From NCBI GenBank assembly GCA_963812155.1, contig CAWETW010000004.1, positions 32,001 through 96,000 of the forward strand: a DNA stretch of 64,000 nt. Direction: 5' to 3'. Below the pieces are notes generated by a model, which did not search any database, was not told the origin of the DNA, and saw nothing but the letters and a program-made list of their open reading frames with translations. The position numbers were made by a program, and so were the translations under genes. Source of the DNA: Vulcanimicrobiota bacterium. GTDB lineage: Bacteria > Vulcanimicrobiota > Vulcanimicrobiia > Vulcanimicrobiales > Vulcanimicrobiaceae. Positions 32,482 through 43,354 of this stretch are shown here, in pieces. Every line of letters starts with the position of its first letter. Positions within the stretch are counted from its first letter, which is position 1.

Positions 32482-33527
32482 GCCGGCAATGCGGTGCGCG
32501 CGACGAGTGCCTCGCGCAAGGCGCCGAGTCCCGCACCGGTCACGGCGCTGACGCAAATACTGCCGTCGAGTTGCGCCGGTTCGTCGGTCAGGAGGTCGCA
32601 TTTGTTGAAGACGAGCAGGCGAGGCGTGCGATCGAGCTCGAGTTCGTGGAGCAACGCGTCGACCGCGGCGCGCTGACGCGGCCAATCGGGATTGCTCGCG
32701 TCGAGCACGTGCACGAGCAAGTCGGCTTCGCGCAATTCTTCGAGCGTCGCTCTGAACGCGTTCACGAGATCCTTTGGCAGGTCGGTGATAAACCCGACGG
32801 TGTCGGCGACGCGAGCGTAGGTGTGGGGCCCGAGGTACGCGCGCCGGACGGTCGGGTCGAGCGTCGCGAAGGGACGATCGGCAACGAGCGCATCGCTGCG
32901 TGCCAGCGCGTTGAGCAGCGACGACTTGCCGACGTTGGTATAGCCGACCAGCGCGACGAGCGGGTCGCGGTGGTGCGATGCTCGCCGAACGGCGCGTTGC
33001 AGCCGTACGCCGGCGAGTTGCCGATTGAGCACGCTCACGCGCTCTTGAATGCGCCGCCGATCGACCTCGAGTTTCGTTTCGCCGGGGCCGCGCGTCCCGA
33101 TGCCGCCGCCCAAGCGCGACAGGTCGGCGCCCACGCCGATCAAGTTCGACTGCCGGTAGCGCAACTGCGCGAGTTCCACTTGCAGTTTGCCCTCGCGGCT
33201 GCGCGCGTGGCGCGCGAAGACGTCGAGGATGAGCATCGTGCGATCGACGATCGGCAACGGCACGATGCGTTCGAGATTTTTGCGCTGGCGCGGCCGCAGA
33301 TCGTTGAAAACCAGCAGCAACTCGGCGTCGCGCGCTTTCGCGAGTTCGGCGATCTCGGCCGCCTTGCCGCTGCCGACCAGCGTGGCCGGATCGACGGCGT
33401 CGCGGCGTTGCACGACGCGATCGACGACGCGCGCACCCGCGGCGCTCGCGAGCGCCTCGAACTCATCGAGTTCCGGCTCGAACGACCGCGCGTGGGGCGT
33501 CTCGACGGCGGCGACGATGGCGGTCAC
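32478..33527 (-). CDS. hflX: GTPase HflX
   Basis: GTRGPGETKLEVDRRR, GYTNVGKSSL, FATLDPT, DTVGFI and NKCD motifs. Confidence 0.95.
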   Translation of the reverse strand: MTAIVAAVETPHARSFEPELDEFEALASAAGARVVDRVVQRRDAVDPATLVGSGKAAEIAELAKARDAELLLVFNDLRPRQRKNLERIVPLPIVDRTMLILDVFARHARSREGKLQVELAQLRYRQSNLIGVGADLSRLGGGIGTRGPGETKLEVDRRRIQERVSVLNRQLAGVRLQRAVRRASHHRDPLVALVGYTNVGKSSLLNALARSDALVADRPFATLDPTVRRAYLGPHTYARVADTVGFITDLPKDLVNAFRATLEELREADLLVHVLDASNPDWPRQRAAVDALLHELELDRTPRLLVFNKCDLLTDEPAQLDGSICVSAVTGAGLGALREALVARTALPA

Positions 33528-33549
33528 CGGCCGCTCGCGCCGGTCTGCG

Positions 33550-34399
33550 TTACGACGAGGTTGCAATGGGAGCGAGCCGTTTTACGAGCCAGCGAATGCC
33601 GTCGTTATACTGCGGGCCCGGACGTTCGATGATTTCGGCGGGCCGCACCGCGTAGACGCGGCCGAGGCGCACGGCGCGCAGGCTGCGCCACGGCTCCTGT
33701 CCCAGCACTGCGTCGAGCCGAATCGCCGGGTCGCTCACCAGCACGTCGGGCTGATTGCGCAGGAGCGCCTCGGCGGCATATTGTCCGTAAGCGAGATGGA
33801 GATCGTCTGCGGCGTTCCTGCCGCCCGCCATGGCGATGAGCGTTGCGATGTACGACGTCGAGCCGGCGGTCCAAATCGGCGTACTGCCGAGGACGACGAA
33901 GACGGACGGGGTGCGCTTGAAGGTCCGCGTGCTCGCGCGCAGCTCCGCGGTGGTACGGCGCAGGCGCGCGATGGCCGCTGCGGCCTCGGCGGCGTGACCC
34001 GAAAGCGCGCCGACGGTGTGCAGGTTGGTAAAGATGTCGTCGAACGCATCGTCGTGCAGCAGAACGACGTCGATGCCCGCGCGCCGTAACGGGCTCCACG
34101 AGCCGCTTCTGCGCGACGATGCCTACGGCAACGTCGGGACGCAGCCCCACGATGCGCTCCGCATCCACGCTCGTGACGTCGGCAATTCGTGGAAGCGCGC
34201 GCGCTCGGGGATCGTCGGTGAACGATGACACCGCGACGAGTTGGGATCCCGCGCCGATCGCATAGGCGTCGTCGGCGACGAACGGCATCAACGCGACGAT
34301 GCGCGCACGCGTCGTTCCGATTGCATCGTGGGCACGAGGCGGAGCGGAGCACGCGATGCTTGCAATCAGCGCCGCACATGCTGCGACGAGCATCTTCAC
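33550..34399 (-). CDS. btuF: Cobalamin ABC transporter substrate-binding lipoprotein, frameshifted in this sequence
   Basis: SIAC lipobox; RIVALMP, DAERIVGLRPD, AGGRN and IIERPGP helical-backbone motifs; downstream of B12 riboswitch. Confidence 0.8.
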
Positions 34400-34457
34400 A
34401 TTGCGTGCCTTCCTCCGCCTCACAACGGCGGCCTGCCGTTGGAGAAATCCCGCGACG

Positions 34458-36371
34458 TTAGCGGGTCCGCAGCTCGAGAGTGAAGGACGCTCCCGGCATC
34501 GGATACCCGTTGTAGTACGCATAACGAGCGCCCAGGAGATTATCGCCTCGCAACACCAACACGGTTCGCGGCGCGACCCTGTAACCAACGAACGCGTTGA
34601 GTGTGGTGAATGCGGCGCTCTGCGCCCAGTACGGAAGGGACGCGTTCGGACTCTGCGCCGACCATGACGTCATGCTCACGTCCCAGTCGTCGAAGCGACT
34701 CGTGGCGGGTGCCGCATAGCGAACGCCAAGCGTCGTCGCGAACGTCGGCCCTCTGCCGGGAAGACGTTGCCCCGCATACGGATCGACCGAGGAATCGCTG
34801 TCGAGGTCCTGCGCCCGATACAGATTGGTAACGGAAAGCGTTCCGACGAGGTGATGCCAAGGCAGCGTATTTCCCGTGAGCGTGAGCCCCGCAATGGAAG
34901 CGTGGCCGACGTTCTCCGGAATGAATGTCGTGTCGTCGAAAATGATGAGATTCGATCCGCTCATCGTGAACCATCCCAGACTAACGCCGCCGAATAGCGA
35001 CGAATCGGTCAAGGTCGCGTCTCCGACACGCATTCGCTCGGGAACGAGATTCGGATTGGAAAAGAACGGATAGAACAAATCCTCAGCCGTCGGCGCACGA
35101 AACGCGGTCGCGGCGTTCAGCTTGAGCGAAAGCGCAGGCGCCAGTTTCAGGATCCCGCCGATCGACGGCGACAGAGCGCCGCCGCTTGCGTTGCTGTTTT
35201 CGGTGTAATCGTTTTCGCCGCGCAGGCCCACGTAGAGCTCGTCCCCTCGAGGTCCGAACCACTGTTGCTGCACGTACGCGGCGGTTTGCGCGTATGCGTT
35301 TGCCACGGGCGGCGGATCGCCGGTCCCTCCGTCCACGAGCGCGACGCCGCGCGAAACGTCGACGCCGTAGACGAGCCGCTGCCGGTCGTCGCCTACGACG
35401 TTGGAAACGCTGGCCATGACGCGCGCATCCTTGAGGTACTGCGTGTACGGAGCCGGCGTGGGAGCGCCGGGTGACGGCGGCGGGTACGGCTCGTTCGGAC
35501 ACGTATAATCGGCCGGAGTATTGCAATTGTATCCGAGATTTTGCGTCGACTCACCCATCGAAAGCGACTGCGTGGAATGTGGCCGGCGCACCTCAGCCCG
35601 AAGGCGAAGATCGTTTGTATTCGTGGATTGCCAGCTTGTGGTTGACGCGAAATCGATGGAACCGGGAACGCGTACGCCCTGGCTGCCGAAATCGCCGGTA
35701 AACGAAAGATCCACCGAACCGATTCGGTGCTCGTAGGCCGCCCGAAGAGCCGTGAGCCCCGCGTTGGAGTTCGCGCGCGTCGTGCCGTCGGGCAGACCAT
35801 AGTCGTTCGTAGCATACGTGCGTTGGAACGATAGGTAGGGCGTTTGAAATTGGTACGTCTGTTCCCCGAACGATCCGGTCGAAAGTACGGCCGCCGTCGT
35901 CTGCGGCTGCGTGCTGATGATGTTGATCACGCCGCCGATCGAGCCGGAACCGTACAGCGTCGAGCCGCCGCCTTCGACGACTTCGACGCGATCGACGCCC
36001 GTGACGGGCATCGCTTCGAGCTGTGTGCCCAGAATTTGTGGGCCTGCGATCGGCAGACCGTCGAGAAGGACGAGGACCTGTTGGCTCGTGCTTCCACGAA
36101 TGCCGAAACTCGTCTGCGCGCCAAAACCGCCGTATCGGTTTATCGTGACGCCGGGAACGTTTTGCAGCGCGTCGGCGATCGTACGGTCGCCGTCGTGCGC
36201 CATGTCGGCGGCGGTGACGACGTACGTGGTACGCGCCGCTCGTGCGGCCGGCTCGAAGCTTCTATCGCTCGTGACGACGTGCGCGATTTGCGGTATCGCA
36301 GACGAGCTGGGTGATGGAGAGGGACTCGGTGTCGCAGCGAGGGCCACGGCAACCGCGAGAACGAACGTCAT
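34458..36371 (-). CDS. btuB: TonB-dependent receptor, probable vitamin B12 transporter
   Basis: Plug motifs IRGSTSQQVLVLLDG, VDRVEVVEGGGSTLYGSGSIGGVINII; FRAPT; C-terminal GASFTLELR; riboswitch upstream. Confidence 0.85.
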   Translation of the reverse strand: MTFVLAVAVALAATPSPSPSPSSSAIPQIAHVVTSDRSFEPAARAARTTYVVTAADMAHDGDRTIADALQNVPGVTINRYGGFGAQTSFGIRGSTSQQVLVLLDGLPIAGPQILGTQLEAMPVTGVDRVEVVEGGGSTLYGSGSIGGVINIISTQPQTTAAVLSTGSFGEQTYQFQTPYLSFQRTYATNDYGLPDGTTRANSNAGLTALRAAYEHRIGSVDLSFTGDFGSQGVRVPGSIDFASTTSWQSTNTNDLRLRAEVRRPHSTQSLSMGESTQNLGYNCNTPADYTCPNEPYPPPSPGAPTPAPYTQYLKDARVMASVSNVVGDDRQRLVYGVDVSRGVALVDGGTGDPPPVANAYAQTAAYVQQQWFGPRGDELYVGLRGENDYTENSNASGGALSPSIGGILKLAPALSLKLNAATAFRAPTAEDLFYPFFSNPNLVPERMRVGDATLTDSSLFGGVSLGWFTMSGSNLIIFDDTTFIPENVGHASIAGLTLTGNTLPWHHLVGTLSVTNLYRAQDLDSDSSVDPYAGQRLPGRGPTFATTLGVRYAAPATSRFDDWDVSMTSWSAQSPNASLPYWAQSAAFTTLNAFVGYRVAPRTVLVLRGDNLLGARYAYYNGYPMPGASFTLELRTR

Positions 36372-36409
36372 AGCAACCCTTTCCCTTCATGCGAGGGCAA
36401 TCGGTTTGG

Positions 36410-36551
36410 GGTTTGCGTCGATATCCTGACTCGCGGATCGTCGCTTCGGTGCCCGGCCTTCCCGTCTGCACTCAGACAGTGGCGCTAAGGCGGCTTCCCG
36501 CATACAGTGGCGCGACCGTGCCGGCTTCTCACCGGACTTCCCGCGCAAACC
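36410..36551 (-). ncRNA. Cobalamin (B12) riboswitch
   Basis: Minus strand GGGAAGTCCGGTGAGAAGCCGGCACGGTCGCGCCACTGTA...GCCACTG...GGGAAGG...GAGTCAGGA, closed by GGTTTGCG/CGCAAACC; lies upstream of btuB. Confidence 0.9.
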
Positions 36552-36683
36552 TAGGCGACGACTTGGCAAACCGCGTCGCCGCTTCCTCTCGTAACCGCAT
36601 TGCGAATCCTAGGAGCGCCGTACCGATCCGAGAACCGTCCATGCGATGTTCGGGCGCGCGTTGACGATCGAGTTGCAAGCGCG

Positions 36684-37664
36684 GTGACGTGGCGTTTCAC
36701 CGCGTTGCTCGCCGTCGTTGCCGCTGCGGCGGGCGCGAGCCTCTTGGTCGGAGGAAGCAGTCTCTCTCCGCACGAGGTGACCACCGCGCTGGCGCACCCG
36801 AGCGCGGGCGGAATTGCGAATACGATCGTCTGGCAGCTGCGCATGCCGCGCGTCTGCATTGCCGCCGTCGTAGGCGCGTGCTTGGCGCTCTCCGGGGCGA
36901 TGTTGCAGGGAATGCTGCGCAATCCGCTCGTCGATCCCTACCTCACCGGCGTCAGCGCCGGGTCCGCGGCCGCGATTGCGATTGCGGTGCTCGCCGGCGT
37001 CGCTGCGCCGTTCACGCCGGCGATCGGATTCGTCGCGGGCCTCGGCGCGGCGCTGCTCGTCGCAGCGTTGGCGCGCCGTGGAAGTGGAATCGACGCCAAC
37101 CGGCTCATTCTCGCGGGTGTTTCGCTTTCGGCACTCTTTGCTTCAATCGTCACCCTGGCGATCGTGCGCGCGCAATCAAACGACTACGCGAGCGCAATCG
37201 TGGCCTGGCTGGCCGGCTCGATGGCGGGACGGGGCTGGCACGATCTCGCCGCGACCGCTCCGTACGCCGCCGCCGGCATGCTGCTTTCGCTGTGGGTAGC
37301 CGGCCCGCTCAACGCTCTACGCGTCGGTGACGTGCGCGCCCGCAGCGTAGGCGTCGACGTCGATCGCGCGCAATGGACGATTCTGGCGAGTTCGTCGCTG
37401 CTGGCAGCAAGCAGCGTCGTGCTGGCGGGCATGGTCGGATTCATTGGATTGATCGTTCCCCACGTCGCGCGCCGGCTGGTCGGTTCCGACGCGCGCGCGC
37501 TCGTGCCCGCGTGCGTCTGCATCGGCGCCTCGCTGTGCATGCTCGCGGATGCCATTTGCCGTACGATCGTCGCTCCGGCCGAACTTCCGATCGGGGTACT
37601 CCTGGCGTTCATCGGCGTCCCTGCATTTCTCTATCTCTATCTTCGCGGAGAGCGCGCGCGATGA
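36684..37664 (+). CDS. btuC: FecCD/BtuC-type ABC permease
   Basis: LRMPR, LRNPLVDPYLTGVSAG, GFIGLIVPHVAR and ELPIG motifs. Confidence 0.88.
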   Translation: MTWRFTALLAVVAAAAGASLLVGGSSLSPHEVTTALAHPSAGGIANTIVWQLRMPRVCIAAVVGACLALSGAMLQGMLRNPLVDPYLTGVSAGSAAAIAIAVLAGVAAPFTPAIGFVAGLGAALLVAALARRGSGIDANRLILAGVSLSALFASIVTLAIVRAQSNDYASAIVAWLAGSMAGRGWHDLAATAPYAAAGMLLSLWVAGPLNALRVGDVRARSVGVDVDRAQWTILASSSLLAASSVVLAGMVGFIGLIVPHVARRLVGSDARALVPACVCIGASLCMLADAICRTIVAPAELPIGVLLAFIGVPAFLYLYLRGERAR

Positions 37665-38449
37665 TCGAACTCGCCGGCGCCCGCATCGACATCGGCGGAC
37701 GGCTGCTGCTCGACGGCCTCGACGCTCGTTTTGCACCGGGAGAGCTGGTCGCGGTCCTCGGGAGAAACGGCGCCGGAAAGTCGACGCTGCTGCGCGCGGT
37801 TGCCGGACTGCACCCGCCGGCAAACGGTGCGATACGTATCGACGGCTCTTCGGTAACGTCGCTCCCGCCGGTAGAGCGCGCGCTGCGTGTCGCCCTCGTC
37901 GCCGGTGACGACGTGCTGCTGGATGCCCTGCGCGTCCGCGACGTGGTCGCAATCGGACGCTTTCCGCACCATCGCTGGTGGCAGTGGCACGAGCGAGACG
38001 CCGATCGCGACGCCGTCGATCGGGCGCTCGAAGCGGTTGGCATCGCCACGTTTGCCGAACGTTTCTTCGCGACGTTGAGCAGCGGCGAGCGGCAACGCGT
38101 GTGGATCGCATTGGGTCTCGCGCAAGAAACGCCGGTACTGCTTTTGGACGAACCGACGAGCCATCTCGACGTGCGGGTCGCGCACGACATTCTGGCGCTG
38201 CTGCGATCGCTTGCGACCGGCGGGAAGACGGTCGTCTGCGCGCTGCACGATCTCAACGAGGCGGCCGCCTACGCCGACCGGGTCGCGCTGCTCGGCGACG
38301 GACGCCTGCTCTGCGAGGGCGCTCCCGATGCCGTTTTCTCCGGCGATTTCCCCGAACGCGCGTACGGCATTGCCATGGAGCGCGTCCGTTTGGCAGACGG
38401 GCGGCTGCGCTTGTTTACGCGGACCGACTCGGCGCCTCCGGCGCGTTGA
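37661..38449 (+). CDS. btuD: ABC transporter ATP-binding protein (BtuD/FhuC type)
   Basis: GRNGAGKST, LSSGERQR, LLLDEPT and LHDLN motifs. Confidence 0.88.
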   Translation: MIELAGARIDIGGRLLLDGLDARFAPGELVAVLGRNGAGKSTLLRAVAGLHPPANGAIRIDGSSVTSLPPVERALRVALVAGDDVLLDALRVRDVVAIGRFPHHRWWQWHERDADRDAVDRALEAVGIATFAERFFATLSSGERQRVWIALGLAQETPVLLLDEPTSHLDVRVAHDILALLRSLATGGKTVVCALHDLNEAAAYADRVALLGDGRLLCEGAPDAVFSGDFPERAYGIAMERVRLADGRLRLFTRTDSAPPAR

Positions 38450-39794
38450 CGCGCACGACGAGAATCGCCAGGTCGTCTTGCAAACGTCCGCCCGCGATGA
38501 TGCGTACCTGCGCCGCCAACGCGTCGGCGAGGTCTTGGGCGCCGCGCGGAGCGCGTTCGATCAGCCGCATCGCACCGTCGTCTCCCAGCATCGCTCCCGT
38601 ACGGTCGCGCGCTTCGGTGAGCCCATCGGTCGCCAACACGAGTGCGTCGCCGCCCCGCAGGTCGATCGTATTCGTGCCGAACGGTTCGTTCATGATGCCG
38701 AGCACCGGTCCGGTCACCTTGAGCCGTTCGACGTGTTCCGCACGGCGCACGAAGGCCGAGTCCAAACCTGCGCTGGCGTAGTGGAACGCGAACGTGCGCG
38801 TGTCGAGGACGCCGGCCAGCATCGAAACGAAGAGCGACGGATTCTTCACGGCGTGTGCAAACTCCATGTTGAACTCGGCCAGAATTGCGCCCGGATCGTA
38901 GTGCCGGAACGAGATGCCGCGAATCGTAAACTTGATGAACGCGGTCAGCACCGCCGCATCCACTCCCTTGCCGCTCACGTCGGCAATCAGCAACAAGGCT
39001 TGCGATTCGTCGAGCCGGTGCACGTCGAAGACGTCGCCTCCGACCGCCGAATGGCTGCTCGCCGAGCGATAGGTCGTTCCGACTTCGCAGTTCGGCAGCG
39101 GCTCGGTCTCGCTGCGAAACGCGCTCTGCAGTTTTTCGGTCGTGATGCGTTCGGCGGCGAGCTCGCCGTACAGGCGCGTTCGAAAAGCGTTAAGCAGAAT
39201 CGCCAGCAGGCCGAAGAGCACGAACCAGAACGTGCGCACGTACGCGCCGCGCTCTAACTGCGTTTGCGTGCTCCGCGCGAGGCTCTGTTCGGCGCCTTGC
39301 AAGTCGGCGCGCATGATGGCAACGATCCGCGACTCGTAGTCGGAAAAGACTTTATTGCGCCGATCGAGTTCCGCGCGCCGTTGACCCGGCTCTTGGATCA
39401 CCGGCGCGGCAACCTCTTCACGCCACTGATTCTGGACCCGGACGTACTCGGCGAGCAACTGTTCTGCGCGCACGACCCTCTCGTCTGCGAGCGACACCCG
39501 GATCGAAACGATCCGCGTGTCGAACGCCGACGTCGCGGTGAAATATTCGTCGACGTAGTACGGGTCGCGCGTGAGTGCGTAACCCCGCAATGCGTTCTCT
39601 TCGACGATCTGCGAACGCAACAGTTCTTCCAAAGACAATTGCGCGGTTTGCACGTGCGACTGCCGCGCGAACGTTTCGGCAATGCTTACCCGCGCTTGGA
39701 AGACGCCCTGTACGGCGACCGCAACGGCGCAAGCGAGCAGCACCGAGAGGACGATCGTTCCCGCGGGACGGCCCAACGGAGCGAGCGTCCTCAC
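38415..39794 (-). CDS. Membrane PP2C/SpoIIE-family phosphatase with CHASE3-like sensor
   Basis: Two TM segments flanking ENALRGYALT (CHASE3-like); VGGDVFD, IADVSGKG, TDGLTEA and DDLAIL motifs. Confidence 0.88.
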   Translation of the reverse strand: MRTLAPLGRPAGTIVLSVLLACAVAVAVQGVFQARVSIAETFARQSHVQTAQLSLEELLRSQIVEENALRGYALTRDPYYVDEYFTATSAFDTRIVSIRVSLADERVVRAEQLLAEYVRVQNQWREEVAAPVIQEPGQRRAELDRRNKVFSDYESRIVAIMRADLQGAEQSLARSTQTQLERGAYVRTFWFVLFGLLAILLNAFRTRLYGELAAERITTEKLQSAFRSETEPLPNCEVGTTYRSASSHSAVGGDVFDVHRLDESQALLLIADVSGKGVDAAVLTAFIKFTIRGISFRHYDPGAILAEFNMEFAHAVKNPSLFVSMLAGVLDTRTFAFHYASAGLDSAFVRRAEHVERLKVTGPVLGIMNEPFGTNTIDLRGGDALVLATDGLTEARDRTGAMLGDDGAMRLIERAPRGAQDLADALAAQVRIIAGGRLQDDLAILVVRVNAPEAPSRSA

Positions 39795-39867
39795 GAAGGC
39801 GCCCCCGTGCCCGTGCTGGGAAGTCTCCTAGGTGTTGGGATATGTGCCTCCGAAACGGATTTGTAAC

Positions 39868-41217
39868 ATGCAAACCCGAGTAGATCCTGGACTCTTCAAG
39901 TCTTACGACGTTCGTGGGATTTATCCGGCCGAGCTCAACGACGACGTCGCATACGAAATCGGCCGCTGTTTCGTGTCGATGCTCGACGCAAAGCACATCG
40001 CCGCCGGCCGCGACATGCGTCCGTCGGGGCTAAAACTCTTCGAGGCGTTCGCACGCGGCGCGACCGACTCCGGCGCCGACGTTCTCGACATCGGCATGGT
40101 ATCGACCGACGGACTCTACTTTGCGGTGGGGCATTACGAAATGGACGGCGGCGTCATGATCACGGCGTCACACAATCCGTCGCAGTACAACGGCATGAAA
40201 TTCACGCGTGCGCAAGCGCAAGCGATTTCGCTCGACACCGGACTCGCGCAGATTCGCGACCGCCTCATCTCCGGCGATTTGCCGCCCAAAGCCGAACGCA
40301 GCGGTACGATCGCGAGCCGCAACGTCCTGGACGACTTTGCCGAGCACTGTCTCTCCTTCGTCGACCGGGCGAAAATCAAGCCGCTCAAAGTCGCGATCGA
40401 TGCGGGAAACGGGATGGCCGGAGAAACGGTTCCTCACGTGTTCAAGCGGCTGGGCTGCGAGGTGATTCCGCTTTATTTCGAGCTGGACGGCAGCTTCCCG
40501 AATCATCCGGCCAGCCCGATCGAGCCCGAAAACATGGCCGACGTTCAAGCCGCCGTGAAGAAGCACCACTGCGACATCGGAGTAGCTTTCGACGGCGACG
40601 CCGACAGGATGTTCATCGTGGACGAGAACGGGGGGTTGATCGACGGCAGCACCGTCACGGCGCTGGTGGCGCTCAATACGCTCAAGAAGCATCCTGGGGC
40701 GAAGATTCTCTACAACCTCATCTGCAGCCGCAGCGTTCCCGAACTCATTAAGAAGGCGGGCGGCATTCCGATCCGTTCGAAAGTCGGCCACTCGATCATC
40801 AAGGCGGTGATGCGCGAGCAAGACGTCGTTTTTGGCGGCGAACACAGCGGCCACTTCTACTTCCGCGACAACTGGTACGCCGATTCGGGAATGATCGCCC
40901 TGCTGCAGTGCCTGGAACTCTTTAGCGAGGCCGGCCAGACCGTCAGCGAGGTCATCGCACCGGTCGATACCCGTTTTCGCTCCGGCGAGATCAACAGCCA
41001 AGTCAAAGACGTTCCTGCAAAGCTGCGGGAGATTGAAGACCACTACAAGGATGCGGAGATCGATCACCTCGACGGCGTCACGATCTCCTATCCCGACTGG
41101 TGGATGAACGTGCGGCCGTCGAACACCGAGCCCTTGTTGCGTCTGAACGTCGAGGGCGACACGAAAGCCCTCATGGAGCGGCATCGCGACGAGGCGCTGG
41201 CGCTGATCCGTTCGTAA
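39868..41217 (+). CDS. Phosphomannomutase/phosphoglucomutase
   Basis: FKSYDVRG, ITASHNP, FDGDADR, GGEHSGH and RPSNTEP motifs. Confidence 0.93.
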   Translation: MQTRVDPGLFKSYDVRGIYPAELNDDVAYEIGRCFVSMLDAKHIAAGRDMRPSGLKLFEAFARGATDSGADVLDIGMVSTDGLYFAVGHYEMDGGVMITASHNPSQYNGMKFTRAQAQAISLDTGLAQIRDRLISGDLPPKAERSGTIASRNVLDDFAEHCLSFVDRAKIKPLKVAIDAGNGMAGETVPHVFKRLGCEVIPLYFELDGSFPNHPASPIEPENMADVQAAVKKHHCDIGVAFDGDADRMFIVDENGGLIDGSTVTALVALNTLKKHPGAKILYNLICSRSVPELIKKAGGIPIRSKVGHSIIKAVMREQDVVFGGEHSGHFYFRDNWYADSGMIALLQCLELFSEAGQTVSEVIAPVDTRFRSGEINSQVKDVPAKLREIEDHYKDAEIDHLDGVTISYPDWWMNVRPSNTEPLLRLNVEGDTKALMERHRDEALALIRS

Positions 41218-41227
41218 GCGGCGTATT

Positions 41228-42377
41228 GTGAGCGTCGTCCTCGGCCCTGCCTTCATCGCGCTCGGCGACGGAACGTCGACGTTCGGCCGCATCGCCGTTG
41301 CGGACGGCCGCATCGACGCGATTCTCGCGGCGGACGGCCCCAGCGACCGCCCGTTGCCGGGCGGATGCAGCATCGCACCCGGCCTCATCGACGTACACAC
41401 CAACGGCGCGCGGCGACATGCTCTTCAATCGCGACCAAGGCTACGCGGTGCCGGTTGCCGCCGAAGAATACGCGCGCATGGGCGCGACCGGCTTCGTTGC
41501 CGGCATCATGACGGCTCCGTTCGAATCGATGCTGCACGCCGCGTCCGAGGTCGTCGAAGCGGCGAACCAACTCGAAGAGGACGACCCGCGCGGCGCGCGC
41601 TGCTTGGGCGTGCATTTCGAAGGCCCGTTTCTCAATCCGAAGTTTCGCCGCGTGCATCGCAACGAATGGCTGCTGCCGGCGAGTGCCGAGCGCGCGCGCG
41701 AGATGGTCGACGCGTGCAAGGGCGCGTGTCTGCTCGTGACGATGGCGCCCGAGATCGACGGCGCCGCCGACGCGCTGCGCGTCTTTCTCGAACACGGCGT
41801 CGTCTGCTCGGCGGGACACACTTCGGCGCACTATCGCGACGGACTGCTCGCGATCGGACTCGGTTTTCGTTCGCTCACGCACGCGTTCAACGCCATGCCG
41901 CCGCTCGATCACCGCGATCCGTCCATACTCGCGGCCTTCATTCAGGACCGCCGCACGCTCGTGCAGTTCATCTGCGACGGATTTCACGTCTCGCCGGTGA
42001 TGGTCGATCTGCTGCACCGCACGCTCGGCGACCGGCTCGTGCTCGCGACGGATAACATGCCGCCGACCGATCCGGGTTACCACATCGACGGCGGCGTCGT
42101 GCGCTCGGCCGACGGCACGATCGCCGGCAGCGCGCTGCGCATCGATCAAGCGGTGCGCAACTACATGTCGTACGCGCAGATCCCGTTCGCGCAAGCGATC
42201 GTCGCCGCCACCCACGCGCCGGCAAAACTCATCGCACACGAAAGCGAAATGGGCCGGATCGCACCCAATATGCGCGCGGATCTCTCGTTCTGGGACAAAG
42301 ACTACGAAATCGTCGCTACGATGGTCGGCGGACGCTTCGTCTACGACCGCACCGAAGTTGCCGCGCTGTCGTCCTAG
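41228..42377 (+). CDS. nagA: N-acetylglucosamine-6-phosphate deacetylase, one frameshift near 41410
   Basis: PGLIDVHTNG, HFEGPF, AGHT, THAFNAM, DGFH and TIAGS motifs. Confidence 0.9.
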
Positions 42378-42393
42378 TGTCTAGCGCCGTGGG

Positions 42394-43293
42394 TTAGGGA
42401 ACGGCGACCAGATCCTCTTCCGATTTGGCGCGTTCGGCGCGCTTGGCGGCGGAGCGAAGCATGGCGACGGCGGCATACAGCACCACGATCACGACCAGCC
42501 ATCGCACCGCAACGAGCGGGAGCGACTTGATGATGTAGGCGGCAATGAGCACGCCCGGAATTCCGCCGAGCATCAGACCGAGTGCCGCGCGCATCGAAAA
42601 CGCCTGGTAGCGGATGAAACGCAGGCTGGCGATCGGCATCAAGAACGCGCACGATCCCATCATGATCGGAAACGCGGCTTTCGGGTTCATGCCCAGCAGG
42701 CTCACGAGGATCATGCACGGCGCGTACATTCCAATGCCGATCGTCATGAGCGCGCCGAGGCAGAAACTCACCGCAATGCCGACGATCAGACGCGTCCCGG
42801 TGAGTCCGAGCGCGTCGCCGCTCAATCCGAAGTAACTTCCGCGCAGATTGCTGAGGATGAAAAGCGTCGCGGCGGCCAACAGCGCGACGCCCATGCCGAT
42901 CTGCACGTATTGCCGCGGGAGCCTCGAAACGACGCCGGCGCCGAGCCAGGCGCCGACGACCGCTGCGACGATCAGCAAGATGAGTGTGGACGGAACGACG
43001 GTGATGATCGTGATGTAGATCGCCGCTTCGACGATCGTCGGCATCGTGTGGCCGACGTTGAGCGTTCCGGGTATCTTCTCGTCGGGAACCAGCCGCCAAA
43101 GCTTGAACATCGACGTCGTCGGCGCGAACGATCCGATCCCGAGCGTGTCGAAGAAGTTCGTGACGAAACCGATCGCGGTTTCGATCGGCTTGGGCCATCC
43201 GGCCCGATGGAGCGGCATCGCGCGAACGAGCGCGACGATGATGACGATTGCGACGATCGTCAATCCGACGTGCAGGACCAATGGAACGTTCAT
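42394..43293 (-). CDS. TauE/SafE (TSUP) family membrane transporter
   Basis: NFFDTLGIGSFAPT and AAFPIMMGSCAFL motifs; about 9 TM segments. Confidence 0.8.
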   Translation of the reverse strand: MNVPLVLHVGLTIVAIVIIVALVRAMPLHRAGWPKPIETAIGFVTNFFDTLGIGSFAPTTSMFKLWRLVPDEKIPGTLNVGHTMPTIVEAAIYITIITVVPSTLILLIVAAVVGAWLGAGVVSRLPRQYVQIGMGVALLAAATLFILSNLRGSYFGLSGDALGLTGTRLIVGIAVSFCLGALMTIGIGMYAPCMILVSLLGMNPKAAFPIMMGSCAFLMPIASLRFIRYQAFSMRAALGLMLGGIPGVLIAAYIIKSLPLVAVRWLVVIVVLYAAVAMLRSAAKRAERAKSEEDLVAVP

Positions 43294-43354
43294 TGCACGA
43301 GGACGTTACGCGGTTGAGATTCTCCGGCCTGCTCGCCCTTCGTCCGCCGTAGAT

